64,000 nucleotides of DNA from Octopus sinensis (lineage: Eukaryota): the NCBI RefSeq assembly GCF_006345805.1, contig NC_043017.1, positions 17,422,001 to 17,486,000 of the forward strand, written 5' to 3'. The notes below the pieces were generated by a model. It was not told where the DNA came from and ran no database searches. It saw only the letters and a program-made list of their open reading frames with translations. Shown in pieces: positions 12,800 to 26,655 of the stretch; positions within the stretch are counted from its first letter, which is position 1, and each line of letters starts with the position of its first letter. The position numbers were made by a program, and so were the translations under genes.

Positions 12800-15019
12800 C
12801 AGACGCCATGATAGATCGTTATCCACTATACACATTTTTTCTCTCCTTGTTTTTTCTGTGTCCCTTTCTGTAGAAAAGCGTAGGCTCGAAACGTAAAAGA
12901 CGTTTTCTATTCCTAAGCGTTATACTAATACATCTGTTTGTTTTGTACACCACCTGTCTTCGTCTTTTGTTTTTTTCGTAAACTCTCCCTATATATATAT
13001 ATATATGCATGAAGAGTCGAATTGATAGAATTGTTCGAGCTCCTGGTGGAATACTTTGCCTGTATTTTCTCCGGTTCTGTGTTCCTTGAGTTCATGTAAA
13101 CCACGTATGCACTTTTATCCTTTCTTGGTTGATAAATAAATGAAGCCAAATGGTAGAGCATTGTAAGAGATTCCTTGTGGTATTGCTCATCCCTAAATTT
13201 AGATATAATTATTGGGTGTAGAATTTATAAATGGAAATGTTTGTTGGAGAGGATGGAGCTTATGATGACGAATATAGAGAAGAAAACGATGAGGATGATG
13301 AAGAAGGAGATAGTTGATTAATTCGTAATCAATTCTTTTCCATCTGCAATATAAATTCCAACAAATTTTTATATATTCGTTTTTTTTTCTTTTTTTTTTT
13401 TTTTTCTTTTTTTCTTTTTTTTAGGGATGGACAAGAAGTGGAATAAAAAGAAAGAATTTGATGCCAAAAACTGAAAAGGTTAATTAATGGTGAACTGCCA
13501 AATTAATTGGGTCAGTTGAATAGAGAAGCACGTCCTTAAATTAGAACAGATAAACGCATTTGTGCAATTAGATAAATATTTAGTTTATCTCTAGTTTGAT
13601 GTCAGTAAAAGTGGATGAAGTAGAGAGAAGCAGGCATTGCCTTGTTAATAAGAAGCTTGTTTCCCAACCACATGGCTTCGAGTTCAGTCCCACTTGAGCA
13701 AGTGTCTTCTATAGCCCCGGGCCGACCCAATCATAGCCTCGTGAGTGGATTTGGCAGACGGAAGCTGAAATAAGCCCATCGTATGCATGCATGCATGCAT
13801 GCATACATGCATGCATACATACATACATACATACATACATACATACATACATACATACATACATACATGAATGAAGAACCACCATGTGGCTTCCTAATAT
13901 AATAGAAACAGACGCCAATCGTCTTACCACGAAGAATATGTTCTAAAAATTATTATTATTATTTTAATTATTATGAACTAAAACTAAATAAAAAGTGTTT
14001 AGAAACAATATTTACGAAATATAAGAACTGATATCAATAAAATATGAACAATATTAATTTTTTTTTTAATTTGAAGGTATAAGTAGATATTTTTTTTAAT
14101 TCATAGAAAGTGTGAAAAGCAATGAGAATAAAATCAGCATAAATCAATGAAAAGGTCTTCTAAGATGAAAAGGAAGATCCATCAAGATTTCAAGAAATAA
14201 TTATTAGTTTTGGTACAAAGAGAGGAAATTCGTATATTTATAGAGACAGAGTTTACAAAATATTGAGTTTGATATAAAAAAAAATATTAAAGTAAAGATT
14301 AAAGGATCAAATATATAAGTAAATAGACAATAGGTTATAATGTAGGATAACATTAATATAATCTAGTATTGAAGATTAGGATAGATTAAAGCATATAAGT
14401 TAAGTATATAGAAAAGCAATATTAATATGCATTGATTAAATATTGTTTAGAATACATTATTATAGTTATAATACAAGTAGATACACTAAAAAATATTTTT
14501 ATTCCTAAATATTGTATAAACATTGTTAGTAGCTAAATGAGTTCCAAATATGAATTATCGTTATAGCGTAAAAATAATTGACTATATAAATTGTTAAATA
14601 CTAGGGTTATAAATAATTATCAGTTGTAAGAAGTGAAACAATAATAAACATAAGGCAATAGAAAAATAATCATATACATAAATTGTATATACACACATAC
14701 ACGCATATATATACATACACATAGATATACATATACATACATACACACATACTTACACACACATATATATATATATATGTGTGTGTTTGTATGTGTGTAC
14801 ATACGTATTTATGTATAAAGGTCTTATTGTTACAAGACGTAGATTTCAGGGGAAGGATAATTGTTGGACAGAAGAGGACTCTAAGTTATTTTTAGAGCTT
14901 TACCATTGACAGATTTTACTATTATTAATCATCAACCTCATATTCATCGTCGTCGTCATGATCATCATCATCATCTTTTTCATCATTATCATCATCTATT
15001 TCATTATTATTTTAGTTAT

Positions 15020-15422
15020 CGTCAGACGCGAAGGGGCGAAAGCCGTTCTATGGGCCCAAGTAGCAGAGGCACGGCTTGGCAATAAATCCACGATCCGACC
15101 ATTGCCGAATCACGACGGGCAAATGATAACTGATCCGAGAGAGATGTGTGAGGCTGTTCAGAGGCGCTTCGCTCAACTGTTCGGGAACTGCGGTGAGCCG
15201 GATCGCAGGATGGATTTAACGTCCTACCTCGAGGGACTGCTGTAGCTCTCGGCGACGGAGGCGGAGCGCTGTGAAGGGCCGATAACAGCTTTTGAAATAC
15301 AGGATTGCAAAGGCTAGCTGCACGAGGGGTAAATCGTCTGTTTTGGATTATCTGTCCTGCGAGCTTTACACTTACATGCCAGACTTATTTGGCGACCTCT
15401 TAGCAAACGCTTACTGCAACTG
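15020..15422 (+). mobile_element. Tx1/L1-clade LINE ORF2 fragment (EN-RT linker)
   Basis: Translates to ..MITDPREMCEA..FAQLF..CEGPITAFEI and, after a frameshift, CTRGKS..ELYTYMPDLFGDLLA, matching the KSPG.DG.P.E.Y region; stops and frameshifts present. Confidence 0.7.
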
Positions 15423-15785
15423 CCGCTATGTTCTGAGTTCAAATTTCGCCGGGGTCGACTTTGCCTTTCATCCTTTCGAGGTCGATAAATTAAATACCAG
15501 TGAAACACTGAGGTCGATGTAATCGACTAGTCCCCTCCCCCAAAGCATTCGGGCCTTGTGTAGAAAGGATTATTATTATTAATAAGGCGGCGAACTGGCA
15601 GAATCGTTAGCACGCTGGACGGAATGCTTAGCGGTATTTCGCTCGTCACTACGTTCTGAGTTCAAATTCTGCCGGGGTCGACTTCGCTTTTCATCCTTTT
15701 GGGCTCGATAAATTAAGTAGCAGTGAAAAACTGGGGTCGATGTAAATGACTTAATCCCCTCCCCCAAGCTGCCCTTGTGACAAAA

Positions 15786-15828
<43 letters not shown>

Positions 15829-16544
15829 GAGGGTGGTGGAATGCTTACATTCCTCTTCCAAAAATGTGTGACTATGCTTAGAATTCCTCATCAACTTCAA
15901 AGAACCGTGGGTGGGAAATATCTTTGGAGCGTCGAAAAATGCTTTGTGGTATTTTTTCCGGATCTTTACATTTTGGGTTCAAATAGCACCAAGGTCAACT
16001 TCGACTTTTATCTTTTTGAGATCAATAAAATACAGTACCAGACGAGTTTGGGGTTCAACGGAATCGACTGACCATTATCCTCTTCGAAAATTTATGGTCT
16101 TCTGCCAAAATTTAAAACAACTAGCCGAGTAAAACGCTCAGTGGCATTTCTTTCGGCTCTTTACGTTGAGTCCCAATACCGCCGAGGCCAACATCACCTT
16201 TCGTTCTTGGGGGATCGATAGATCAATAAGGTAAGTACCATTCAAGTGCTGGGTCGATATAATCGACTAACCCTTCCCTAAAATTGCTGGCTTTGTGCTA
16301 AAATTTGAAACAATTATTTCTGCTGTTGGCATAAGACCACAAATTGTTGAGAATAAAATGTCAATCTGGGAGCGAGGGGTAAAGGCGCTGATCGAATTTC
16401 ATTAAACCAAAATTAATCGATGACTTAATCAGAATAATTTAGCGAACCAAAATTTCACGTCGCTTCAGTGAATGATGTTCTAATTCTCTGATCATTATCG
16501 ATTTTTCTAAGGGACGTTGGCTAAATAATTATGCCATTATTATT

Positions 16545-17290
16545 GATGGTGTAGGTTCCAATTATGTCGGAATTTGACGTGAAAAATATTTTTTCAGGGC
16601 AGTGGGGAGAGGAGCTTCAGAAAATTTTCACGTAACCGCTTTGTTTCCTCATAACTTTCGGAAAAATGGGTATTTTTAAATGAGAATTTTAAAAAATACC
16701 TTCCATAGTGTGTGAATTACGATTATATCCAAATTTCATGTGAAAAGAAAAATAGCGAGCACACACAGATACATCACAAATTTTTTCGAACTTTCAAGTT
16801 TCATTTTGTAGACATATGTAATGTGTTAGACTGTATGTCTACTATCCCACCATTTTTTCCATATTAAGTTCCGATATAATATTAATAAGCACTGTGAAAG
16901 GTAATTGTGGAAAATTTCAGGAAAAAATAACCCATTTTCTAAAAGTTATGAGGAAACAAAAGTAACTCGTGTGAATTTTCCGAAATTCCTCTCACTAACC
17001 TTACAAAAATATTTATTTCTTTATTGCCCACAGGGGGCTAAACATAGAGAGGACAAACAAGGACAGACAAAGAGATTAAGTCGATTACATCGACCTCAAT
17101 GCGTAACTGGTACTTATTTAATCGACCCCGAGAGGATGAAAGGCAAAGTTGACCTCGGTGGAAATTAAACTCAGAACGTAATGGCAGACGAAATACCGCT
17201 AGGCATTTCGCCCGTCGTACTAACGATTCTGCAAGTTCGCCGCCCTACCCTTACAAAAATATTTTCACAACAAATTCTTATATTATTAGA
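16545..17290. repeat. degenerate long-TIR MITE/foldback element
   Basis: Left arm from about 16560-16700 is the reverse complement of 16910-16998 plus 17249-17290; related pieces at about 35540-35600 and 39990-40310. Confidence 0.65.
17014..17248 (-). mobile_element. full-length SINE family B inserted in a foldback element
   Basis: 15-bp TSD ccttacaaaaatatt at 16999-17013 and 17249-63. Confidence 0.88.
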
Positions 17291-18158
17291 ATATACACAT
17301 TGCGCAACAGCTGTAATCCGGTTATGAACACTTCGCTCCAGCCGGTTATTGTATATCTTTGAGGATGCGTTAATGGAGGTCCATAATAAACATGTATTTT
17401 TTTATTATAATTGAAGCAAATGGTAATACATACACAAATGTTCCCCATATAATATTCATATTAAATACAGTGTATATTTAAACAAATTAAGAGGTTTCTA
17501 TCATAGGAATCCCTTACGCTAGAAAGAACAGATAAAGTCCAAAACCATCAATTAGGGATAAATTCTCGAAGGAATGAAAAATAAAAACATTTACCACCTA
17601 TTTCCTGGACCATGGTTTCTGACTTATTTTATCAAATAAAATAATTTGCTAGGCGAAGTCTTCTTCAACAGGTACGCCTAGATTAAACATATAAACACGA
17701 GGCCAATCCAGCATGTGCCTCTTGCTTATACATTTTTATTAATCTTATTTGAATTAAATTATGGCTTGCACAGTAAGGTCCGGTGAATCTATTTACGCAT
17801 ACACATACTTTATCTGTTAAAATTAAAATATAGTATTTGGTATCGAACCATGATAAATTTATTTAGAGGCCTGATGATTGGGGTTACATTTTAAATGTTC
17901 CTGTAAAACACTGCGTGCTTAAGGAACCGTAAAAGAACATCAAGAAACACGTGTTTTAGTAAAGAGTAGAAAGTATTAAATTAAAATTCTTTTATATGGT
18001 GTGATGATGGGATTGCTATCTCTAAATAACATATATATTTACTCATTGAGAATAATTTGAACCACTGTGATGCCGAAATATTTATTCCCTAATAAATAAA
18101 ATGTAATATATATATATATATTATATATATATATATATAATATATATATATATATATA

Positions 18159-18543
18159 CTAGCAGTATCGCCCGGCGTTGCTCAGGTTTGTAAGGGAAAT
18201 AACTATAAAGCATTTTTAGAGAGTTATAGCCAAAAAATAGCAAAAAAATGGAAAAAAATTATGGTAAATTTTTTTTTGATAGTTAAAAAAGGTGGAGTTG
18301 CGTCCCCTACACAGTTTGTGGTTTGAGTTCCTGATTCTCGGCCCCATGTCGAATTTATCGATTTTTTTCAGAACTGGGGGAACTTTTCAAAATTTTTGCT
18401 GCGTTAGTTTTGAATTATGACATTGGGCTATGTGTGTGTCAAGTTTCATCAGAATCGGTTGAAAGCCGTGGTCAGGGTGAGGGTACAAGCAAACAGACAC
18501 ACAGAAACACGCACAGACAAACTGCCGTTTATATAGAGAGAGA
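18159..18543 (-). mobile_element. non-autonomous Helitron-type element
   Basis: On the minus strand: 5'-TC start, subterminal GC hairpin, CTAG-3' end, inserted between A and T; no TSD. Confidence 0.75.
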
Positions 18544-19233
18544 TATATTAGGGAGTATGGCTCCAAACTTACAGGAAAAAATTAGATTTAGGATTAAATC
18601 AAATTTCACAGTATAAATATATAAAATATGAATTATTAGAGATAAAACTACTATTAGGCAACTCAGTGATAGACTTATTTATGTATTGGCTTATGTCTAT
18701 CATTGTTTGAGTTGCCTAATAGTGGTTTTATCTCTAATTCATATTTTATATATATATATTATATATATATGTATATACTACATAACTACGAATGTATCTA
18801 TCTCTATTAATTTCTACACACTTTCTTTCCTTTTCTCTCTCTCTCCCTCTCTTTGTCTGTAAAACTTTGAGTTTGTGTGTGTGTGTATGTGTACGCGTGC
18901 GTTATCTCTCTCGCATTGCTGTTATTTGGTTTAAAACTTCTAATGTTTACTTCCGTTTTATCACAGCAATTACGCACAAATCCTGTTTTCTAACTGGGTA
19001 AAAATGATCAAACCTTAAAGTTTTGAAAATTTTTCTAAAATTTTTGTAGTATAGATGAATGACGAACTCGGACTTAGCGTCATGAAGTATATCATCAATA
19101 AACCAAATTTGAAAATTTTCTCTTAACTTTGAAATCTCAAAATTTGTGACAACAGCCGAAAAATCTGTCTGTTTGTCTATCTCTTCCGTTTTTTTTTCAT
19201 GATACACGTTTCCTCTCTCTATATATATTTACC

Positions 19234-19468
19234 TATTTCTTTACTACCCACAAGGGGCTAAACATAGAGAGGAGACAAACAAGGACAGACAAACGGATTA
19301 AGTCGATTATATCGACTCCAGTGCGTAACTGGTACTTATTTAATCGACCCCGAAAGGATGAAAGGCAAAGTCGACCTCGGCGGAATTTGAACTCAGAACG
19401 CAGCGGCGGACGAAATACCCCTAAGCAGTTCGCCCGGCGTGCTAACATTTCTGCCAGCTCTCTGCCTT
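19234..19468 (-). mobile_element. full-length SINE family B
   Basis: 10-bp TSD tatatttacc at 19224-33 and 19469-78. Confidence 0.88.
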
Positions 19469-19886
19469 TATATTTACCGCGCTCTCTCACCCACTGTATA
19501 AAAGTATATAATAGCTCACGCCGAGTGTTTGTGTTTGTCAGTGTGTATGTATGTGAACTGGAGCGACGTGAAATGAAGTCTTTTTAACAAGAACACTGAT
19601 TTGAAACCACGATCATGCAATGTTCTAACTACAAGGCACGCGCCTTAAGTCTTTTGAAAGATGAATATAATTAGATAATTATATTGTACATTCTACACTA
19701 CAGCCTTTTAAATCTTTGAACAGAGTCCATTTTCTGCACCCCAGGAACTGCGGGTCTAGTTTTACGTGGGTTTTGTTTATTTGTTGTTTATTTTTACTTT
19801 GTTTGTTTATTATTTAGCTGTTCTATCTTTGACTGCAATACCAGGATGGGTAATATATTGATAATGAACAAAAATAGAACTTTGGG

Positions 19887-19962
<76 letters not shown>

Positions 19963-20239
19963 TTTGTGTGAGTTTGTGTGTGTATGTGTGTGTATGTGTG
20001 TGTAAATAAATACAGATTGGTTCATAGCAGGGAGCAGAGTGGTGGGCAATGAAAGGGGTGCATTGTGGAAAGAGTGGTGCTGGAGGGCGTAGAGAGGAAT
20101 CTTGGGATTGACGGGGAGTTGTGGGTTGGACGAAAGGGACAAATGAGTACAAAATACATGAAACACATACACACATACATGTATGCATATCAACACATAA
20201 ACAACACATCTTTTATATACATACATACATACATATACA

Positions 20240-20645
20240 CGGTGTGGTAAGTAGCTTGCTTACCAACCACATGGTTCCGGGTTCAGTCCACTACGTGGCG
20301 CCTTGGGCAAGTGTCTTCTACTATAGCCTCGAGCCAACCAAAGCCTTGTGAGTGGATTTCGTAGATGGAAACTGAAAGAAGCCCGTCGTATATATGTATA
20401 TATATATATGTATGTATGTGTGTGTGTATATGTTTGTGTGTCTGTATTTGTCCCCCCAACATCATTTGACAATTGATGCTGGTGTGGTTACGTCCCCGTA
20501 ACTTAGCGGTTCGGCAAAAGAGACCGATAGAATAAGTACTAGGCTTACAAAGAATAAGTCCTGAGGTCGATTTGCTCGACTAAAGGTGGTGCTCCAGCAT
20601 GGCCGCAGTCAAATGACTGAAACAAGTAAAAGAGTAAAGAGTATA
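20240..20645 (+). mobile_element. full-length tRNA-derived SINE family A with internal microsatellite
   Basis: Head ..ggttcagtcccact.., core gcaccttgggcaagtgtctt, internal (TA)/(TG)n, 3' end gactgaaacaagtaaaagagt. Confidence 0.88.
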
Positions 20646-21636
20646 CATACATACATACATACATACATACATACACATACAAACACGGACGCGCACAGAC
20701 ACACATGCATATGCATGTGTGATTGAATGTGTTTTTAAATAGAAGTGATAAACATATCCATGTTTATTATACAAACATGCGCTTGACAATAAACGTAAAC
20801 ATTCTATATGCATGCATACATATATACATAAATATATGTATATATGTATGAATGTATGCATGTGTGGCTGTATATGTGTGTATGTGTGTGTTTATGTATA
20901 GATATATGTATAAATGTGTATATCAGCATCATATCATCATTGGTTCTAGTACAAACAAGTGTTAAAAGTGCACATAAACCGTTGAGATTTTTTTGATCTT
21001 TTTAAGTGAAAAACGTCGACCTAACATATATACACACACACACACCACGCACACATCAGTATACACATCGGCACATGTAGACATACGCACATATGTATAC
21101 ATAGATTCATATTAATGTTCATTTACACATACATACATAGGCAAATCAAAAAACAAAAACAACAAAAGTCTGGATTGCGGCCATGCTGAGGCATCCCCTT
21201 AAAGTCGAGCGAATCGAGCCTAGAATTTTTTAAAGCTTTTTAAGTACTTATTCTACGCTCTTCAACAGAAAGGAGAAAAATAAGCAGAGAGAGAATGAAA
21301 AAACTTGTAGAATGCAGCGGTCCAACATGGCGAATATATATATATATATATATATATAATAGTGGAGCAGGCAGACAATTAATCAAGACACGACTATGGG
21401 ATTCATTTAATTCAATCTAAAAATAGTAAAATAATACAAAACTGGTAAAGATAGTAGAGATAGTCACTGACAGCTGTTTCTGGGATATCCCTGTTCTTGG
21501 ATCACGTATCGATTGAAGACTCTATAAACCGGGTTTGCAGAATCACTCAAAAGAGTAGTTAAGTAGTATATCAATGTGAGAATGGGGAAGAAACTGCTCA
21601 CAGTTGAAAAGTCGTGTGAATGAGAAGATGAATAAG

Positions 21637-21676
<40 letters not shown>

Positions 21677-22140
21677 ATATATATATACATGGTCTGATCA
21701 GTAAGTCTCCGGACTGTTGCCATAGTAACGAAACTACAACACGCAAAGTGAAGCCGCTTGGTACAGATTGACCTTGAATTCGGCTATACGTGTGTACAAA
21801 GTTTTAGCGTTCTAATTCTCTTCTGCTGTTTACAGCAGTGCTTGGAAGGAAGGTGTGTAGCGTGTTTATTAGTTTATTATTTATTTATTTATTATTTTCC
21901 CAAAAGCTTGGCGTTACTTGCTCGGAGGTATCCGCAAAGTTTTCAAAAACTGTAACAAAAACATGAGTTATGATGCATCAAGTGGTTGTTACATCCGACT
22001 GCTTCAATCTGGAATTTAGAAAAAAAGTTGGCGCGTCAGCTTATTAAATGTGTGGTAATGATATACTAAAATTACAATTATCTAGGGCAGTTATGATTGC
22101 CTCTCCTAAAATAGCCTCAAACCTTCTAGAATGCGCCTTG

Positions 22141-22171
<31 letters not shown>

Positions 22172-22454
22172 TTGTGTTTATCCCCCACCACCGCTAGACA
22201 ACCGGTGTTGGTTTCTTTGCCTCCCAGTAAATTAGCTGTTCGACAAAGAAGACTACAGACTTTAAAAATAACTAGCAGACTTTAAAAACAAAATAAGTTC
22301 TTGGATCGATTTGTTCAATTAAACCCTTCAAAGCGTTGCCCCAGCATGGCCGCAGTCCAGTTACTGAAACGAGTAAAAGATAAACGTTTGTTTACGTTGA
22401 CAAGATGATAAAAGTTTTTTAAAGATTCATCCATTTTTTTTTACAACCTCATAG

Positions 22455-22484
22455 GTACGCCCCTTCACTGTGAGAGATATGGCG
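22455..22484 (+). CDS. candidate 30-nt exon (TPLHCERYG)
   Basis: poly-T..caTAG acceptor, GCG|GTAAGA donor, phase 1 to 1. Confidence 0.55.
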
Positions 22485-23802
22485 GTAAGATACTGAGGGT
22501 AAAAGAACAGTCTACAATCACCAGACTATACCCTCACCCCTTTATGGAGGGGTGAATGGCCCAGTGGTTCGAGCAGCGGACTCGCGGTCGTGGGATCGCG
22601 GTTTCGATTCCCAGACCGGGAATGTTTATTGAGCGATAATATAAATTTCATTCCGCCGGAGGTCGACTTTGCCTTTCATCCTTTCGGAGTCGATAAATAA
22701 AGTGCCAGTTTGTCCCCTTTATGTTTAGCTCCTTGTGGGCAGTAAAGAAATATATACCCTCACCCCTTTGTATAGTACCTCTGGAGCATCGTAAAAGGTT
22801 GCCAAACGGGTTGACATACAAAAGCCGTGAGAATAGGGCCAAGTTCTTTGTAATTTTGTAAAACAAAAAATACTGGAATAGTTTAGCGTTCATGTTTGTC
22901 TATTTCTCCTTCCACTCTTTCGTATACAAACACGCACACACCACATACATACGCACACATAGACACACACATACATACACACATACATACATACGTTCGT
23001 ACATACATACATACGTTCGTACATATATACATATATGTATATACATATATATACACATATATATACATATCTATATATACATACATATATATTTGTATAC
23101 ATACATATATACTTGTATACATACATACATACATACTTGTATACATACATACATACATACATGTATATACATATATATATATACATATATATTTGTATAA
23201 TTACATACATAGAAACAATAGCCAGGAGTTAACGTAAAAGGAACTTGTTTGAAACTAATCAAAACAAAAAAGCAAAGAAATTGAGGGCATAGAAAGATTT
23301 TTAAAAAACGTAAGAGAACCCTTCCCTCTCAACCCCAGCCCCCTAAAGAAAGGGGTGGGAAAAAAACCTAAATTATGTAAACAATGAACAATAGCGTGTT
23401 GAATACGAACCTGGAACTCTTGGTTTTGTATACTGAAAGAAGTCAACAATGGCAATAAAACCACAACTCAACTCTTTTGTATCATAATTAACATACTGAC
23501 TTCAGTGTTGTTCACCAATTTGTATTGCACACATACATACACACATATAAGTATGTATGTGAGTATATGCTTTTTTTATGTTTAATTATTTTTATGTATG
23601 AGTTTCCACGGCGAGGCGAGGCGAGGCGGGGCGGAGCGGGGTGGTGAGGTGCAGTGGTGCGGGCTTAGTGGTTTCAATGTTGAGATCTTCAGAACATTGA
23701 CAGCAAAGAAAAATAATGGAATCTCATACACCCGTGTGTGTGTGTGTGTGCGTGCGTGAATGTATACTTACGCCCACCCACTCATATACCGCACGCACAT
23801 AC

Positions 23803-23833
<31 letters not shown>

Positions 23834-23852
23834 CATACATATATATACATAC

Positions 23853-23899
<47 letters not shown>

Positions 23900-24081
23900 C
23901 ATATATATACATATATATATATATACATATACATATAATTAAGATTCAGTTGAATTAGCTACTTAAGTTGAGGCACCAAGTCAATCCGGAATAAAATCAA
24001 AATAACAGGACGTCAGGCATTAGTGCAATGTCGAATTGCACTAATACTACTAAGTAACAGTAATCCTGTTACTTATATTGA

Positions 24082-24116
<35 letters not shown>

Positions 24117-24206
24117 CATACATACATACATACATACATACATACAGAGAGAAAGAGACACTATTATTAACTTTTGCTTACTTCGATTTACCATTAAAAT
24201 AATTTA

Positions 24207-24800
24207 AATAGCGAAAGAGGCAGTATGGAAGACTAGGATAAAAGACTAGAACGCCAGCGGTGGGGGTTCCACACGGATTTTATATAGTGGGTTGCTAGAG
24301 TCTGAATGCGACGATGGTCTGGGGGCGACTCTAGGTCTCGGGTTTATTCAACTGGACAGCCTGTTTCACCGTACATTCGGGTTGAGAACATTGGACAACT
24401 TCCAAAAGTCCTTAACCTGGCAATGCTACAGAGGTGCCTTGCCCGTTTGGGATATGCTCGCAAGACATGGTAAGCGTCAGTCGCCGACCTGTCCAAGATC
24501 CGGAGATAATGTGGGCTTATGCTGAACACCTGGTGTCCGGCGAAGGAAGAGTAGATCTGTCGACTGAGTCAATTATAAAAATTGACCCACCAGGAGTTTT
24601 AACGAACGAAAGTAAGAATTGTTTTCTCACGGTTGTAGCAATAGCGAAAGAGACAGTATGTATATATATGTATGTATATATATGTATGCGAAAGAGACAG
24701 TATGGAAGACTGGGATAAAAGGAATTAAGACAGGCAACTTTATCTCTAGCCACAATTTACGATCATTCTTGCGACGCGTAAGAATCAAAAGAGACAGACG
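24207..24800 (+). mobile_element. Tx1/L1-clade LINE C-terminal (zf-RVT region) fragment
   Basis: LTWQCYRGALPVWDMLARHG..PTCPR and IMWAYAEHL..CFLTVVAIAKETVWKT; rearranged. Confidence 0.65.
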
Positions 24801-25048
24801 AAATACCTATTTCTTTACTACCCACAAGGGACTAAACACAGAGAGGACAAACAAGGATAGACAAACGGATTAAGTCGATTACATCGACCCCCCCAGTACG
24901 TAACTGGTACTTAATTTATCGACCCCGAAAGGATGAAAGGCAAAGTCGACCTCGGCGGAATTTGAACTCACAACGTAACGCAGACGAAATACCGCTATGC
25001 ATTTCGCCCGGCGTGCTCACCACATTAACAACCACTTCTTTCTTTCAG

Positions 25049-25221
25049 CACCATCCAAGTGCGAACGATATTTCACACACCTCATGATTTCTTTTACATA
25101 CAATTTGTACTTGTCGTGGGAAAAGTTTCGTGGAAGAACACAAAAGTGGTTTCCCATTGCATTTGTGCGGGGGTGTGGGGGTTTTGTGTTTACAAGGCGC
25201 CATTTTGTCGACTGCATACAG
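25049..25221 (+). CDS. candidate exon (PSKCERYFTHLMISFTYNLYLSWEKFRGRTQKWFPIAFVRGCGGFVFTRRHFVDCIQ)
   Basis: ttctttctttCAG acceptor, CAG|GTAAGT donor, phase 1 to 0, 173 nt open. Confidence 0.7.
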
Positions 25222-25419
25222 GTAAGTTTACCACACCTGTCTGGGCACTCAAAATGTTAGGAAGAAGATCAAATATCACAAGACACTCTATGACTCCAAC
25301 TAATCAACTCATCTGTATTAGTTATATTTTATTGACCTCTCAGAACGATGAAATACAAAAATAACATCGGTGGAGTTTGAACTTAGAACATTAAAAACAG
25401 TTATCACAAGGCATTTTGT

Positions 25420-25960
25420 CCAAGACTGGTGACCTTGATGCCATTTATGGTCAATGCCTGCAGGAAAGACATAAACAGGAGGAAGATTCCAGAGGGGGGA
25501 TATTCTGGGGAGGAAAGACTGGGCATGATGATTAGTGCAGGAGGCGAAGGGTTTGGATGCACCGTGAGTGACGAGAGATGAGTGGATTAAGATATCTAAG
25601 AGGTATCAATTCAACCATATCTGGGGAACAGAGGCCATTTCTCTAGTTATAGACAGATATACAGAGAGAAGAGTAAGTCTGTGTGTTAAAAGTTGGAATG
25701 CGTTCGTTAGTGAGTTAATGACAATCAGCTGATTGGCTCTTCTTTAAATGTGATTCTGAATATCTGACTTCATTTTTAGCAACATCATCCCAAATGTGGA
25801 AACAGTTCTCCATTGTGAACCTAACTGGGCCTTGTTGAATGCCAACAGCTGTTGGAGAATGAAATACCCTTTTGCTCTGAAGACAAGGGGCTAGTCTTCT
25901 GGACGTGGTCATAGTTTGCTAAGGATGAGCTTTCACCAGGAGAGATCCTCGGTGATAAAG
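25420..25960 (-). mobile_element. degenerate CR1/L2/Jockey-group LINE 3' fragment
   Basis: Minus-strand remnants HIWD..,(IQ)KKSQSADCH and SLYICL resemble post-RT C-terminal motifs; many stops. Confidence 0.45.
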
Positions 25961-26283
25961 AAGCATTTTATTCTTGGAAATGCACTCACTAGTACCAGAC
26001 TGGATTTGAACTTGAAGTCTTTATTTCTGAATTAAGGGAAATTGTTTACCTAGAGTTATAGAAAAATAATCAACTAATACCAACATACACAGTTTCTCGT
26101 GCAATGTAACCTATACATCACACAAACACAGTCTCCCTCCTTTTCTCTCTCTCTCTCTTTGTAGTAAGAAGCTTGCTTCCAGGTTCAATATTTCATTTTT
26201 GTACTTGTTTTTGCGAAATTCTTGATGAAAACCCGTGTGTTGAAAAATATTTTGTTTTATTTCGAGAGGGCATTATACCGATA

Positions 26284-26655
26284 GTGGAGGCGCAATGGCC
26301 CAGTGGTTAGGGCAGCGGACTCACGGTCATAGGATCGCGGTTTCGATTGTGAGTGTTTATTGAGCGAAAACATCTAAAAGCTCCACGAGGCTCCGGCAGG
26401 GGGTGGTGGTGATCCCTGCTGTACTCTTTCACCACAACTTTCTCTCACTCTTACTTCCTGTTTCTGTTGTACCTGTATTTCAAGGGGCCGGCCTTGTCAC
26501 TCTCTGTGTCACGCTGAATATCCCCGAGAACTACGTTAAGGGCGCACGTGTCTGTGGAGTGCTTAGCCACTTACACGTTAATTTCACGAGCAGGCTGTTC
26601 CGTTGATTCGGATCAACCGGAACCCTCATCGTCGTAACCGACGGAGTGCTTCCAG
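26284..26655 (+). mobile_element. full-length tRNA-derived SINE (family C)
   Basis: A box tggcccagtggtt, B box ggtttcgatt, 10-bp TSD tataccgata at 26274-83 and 26656-65. Confidence 0.88.

Noticed and set aside
13230-13316. Short acidic ORF MEMFVGEDGAYDDEY...
   Set aside because: Low-complexity GAT/GAA tract within a decayed repeat
13940-14680. A-rich block whose minus strand translates as hydrophobic (possible NUMT or GPCR pseudogene)
   Set aside because: About 12 stops in about 190 codons in the frame examined, as expected from composition; no recognisable motif
26284-26360. tRNA-like sequence with A and B boxes
   Set aside because: It is the head of a TSD-flanked SINE with no complete cloverleaf; not a tRNA gene
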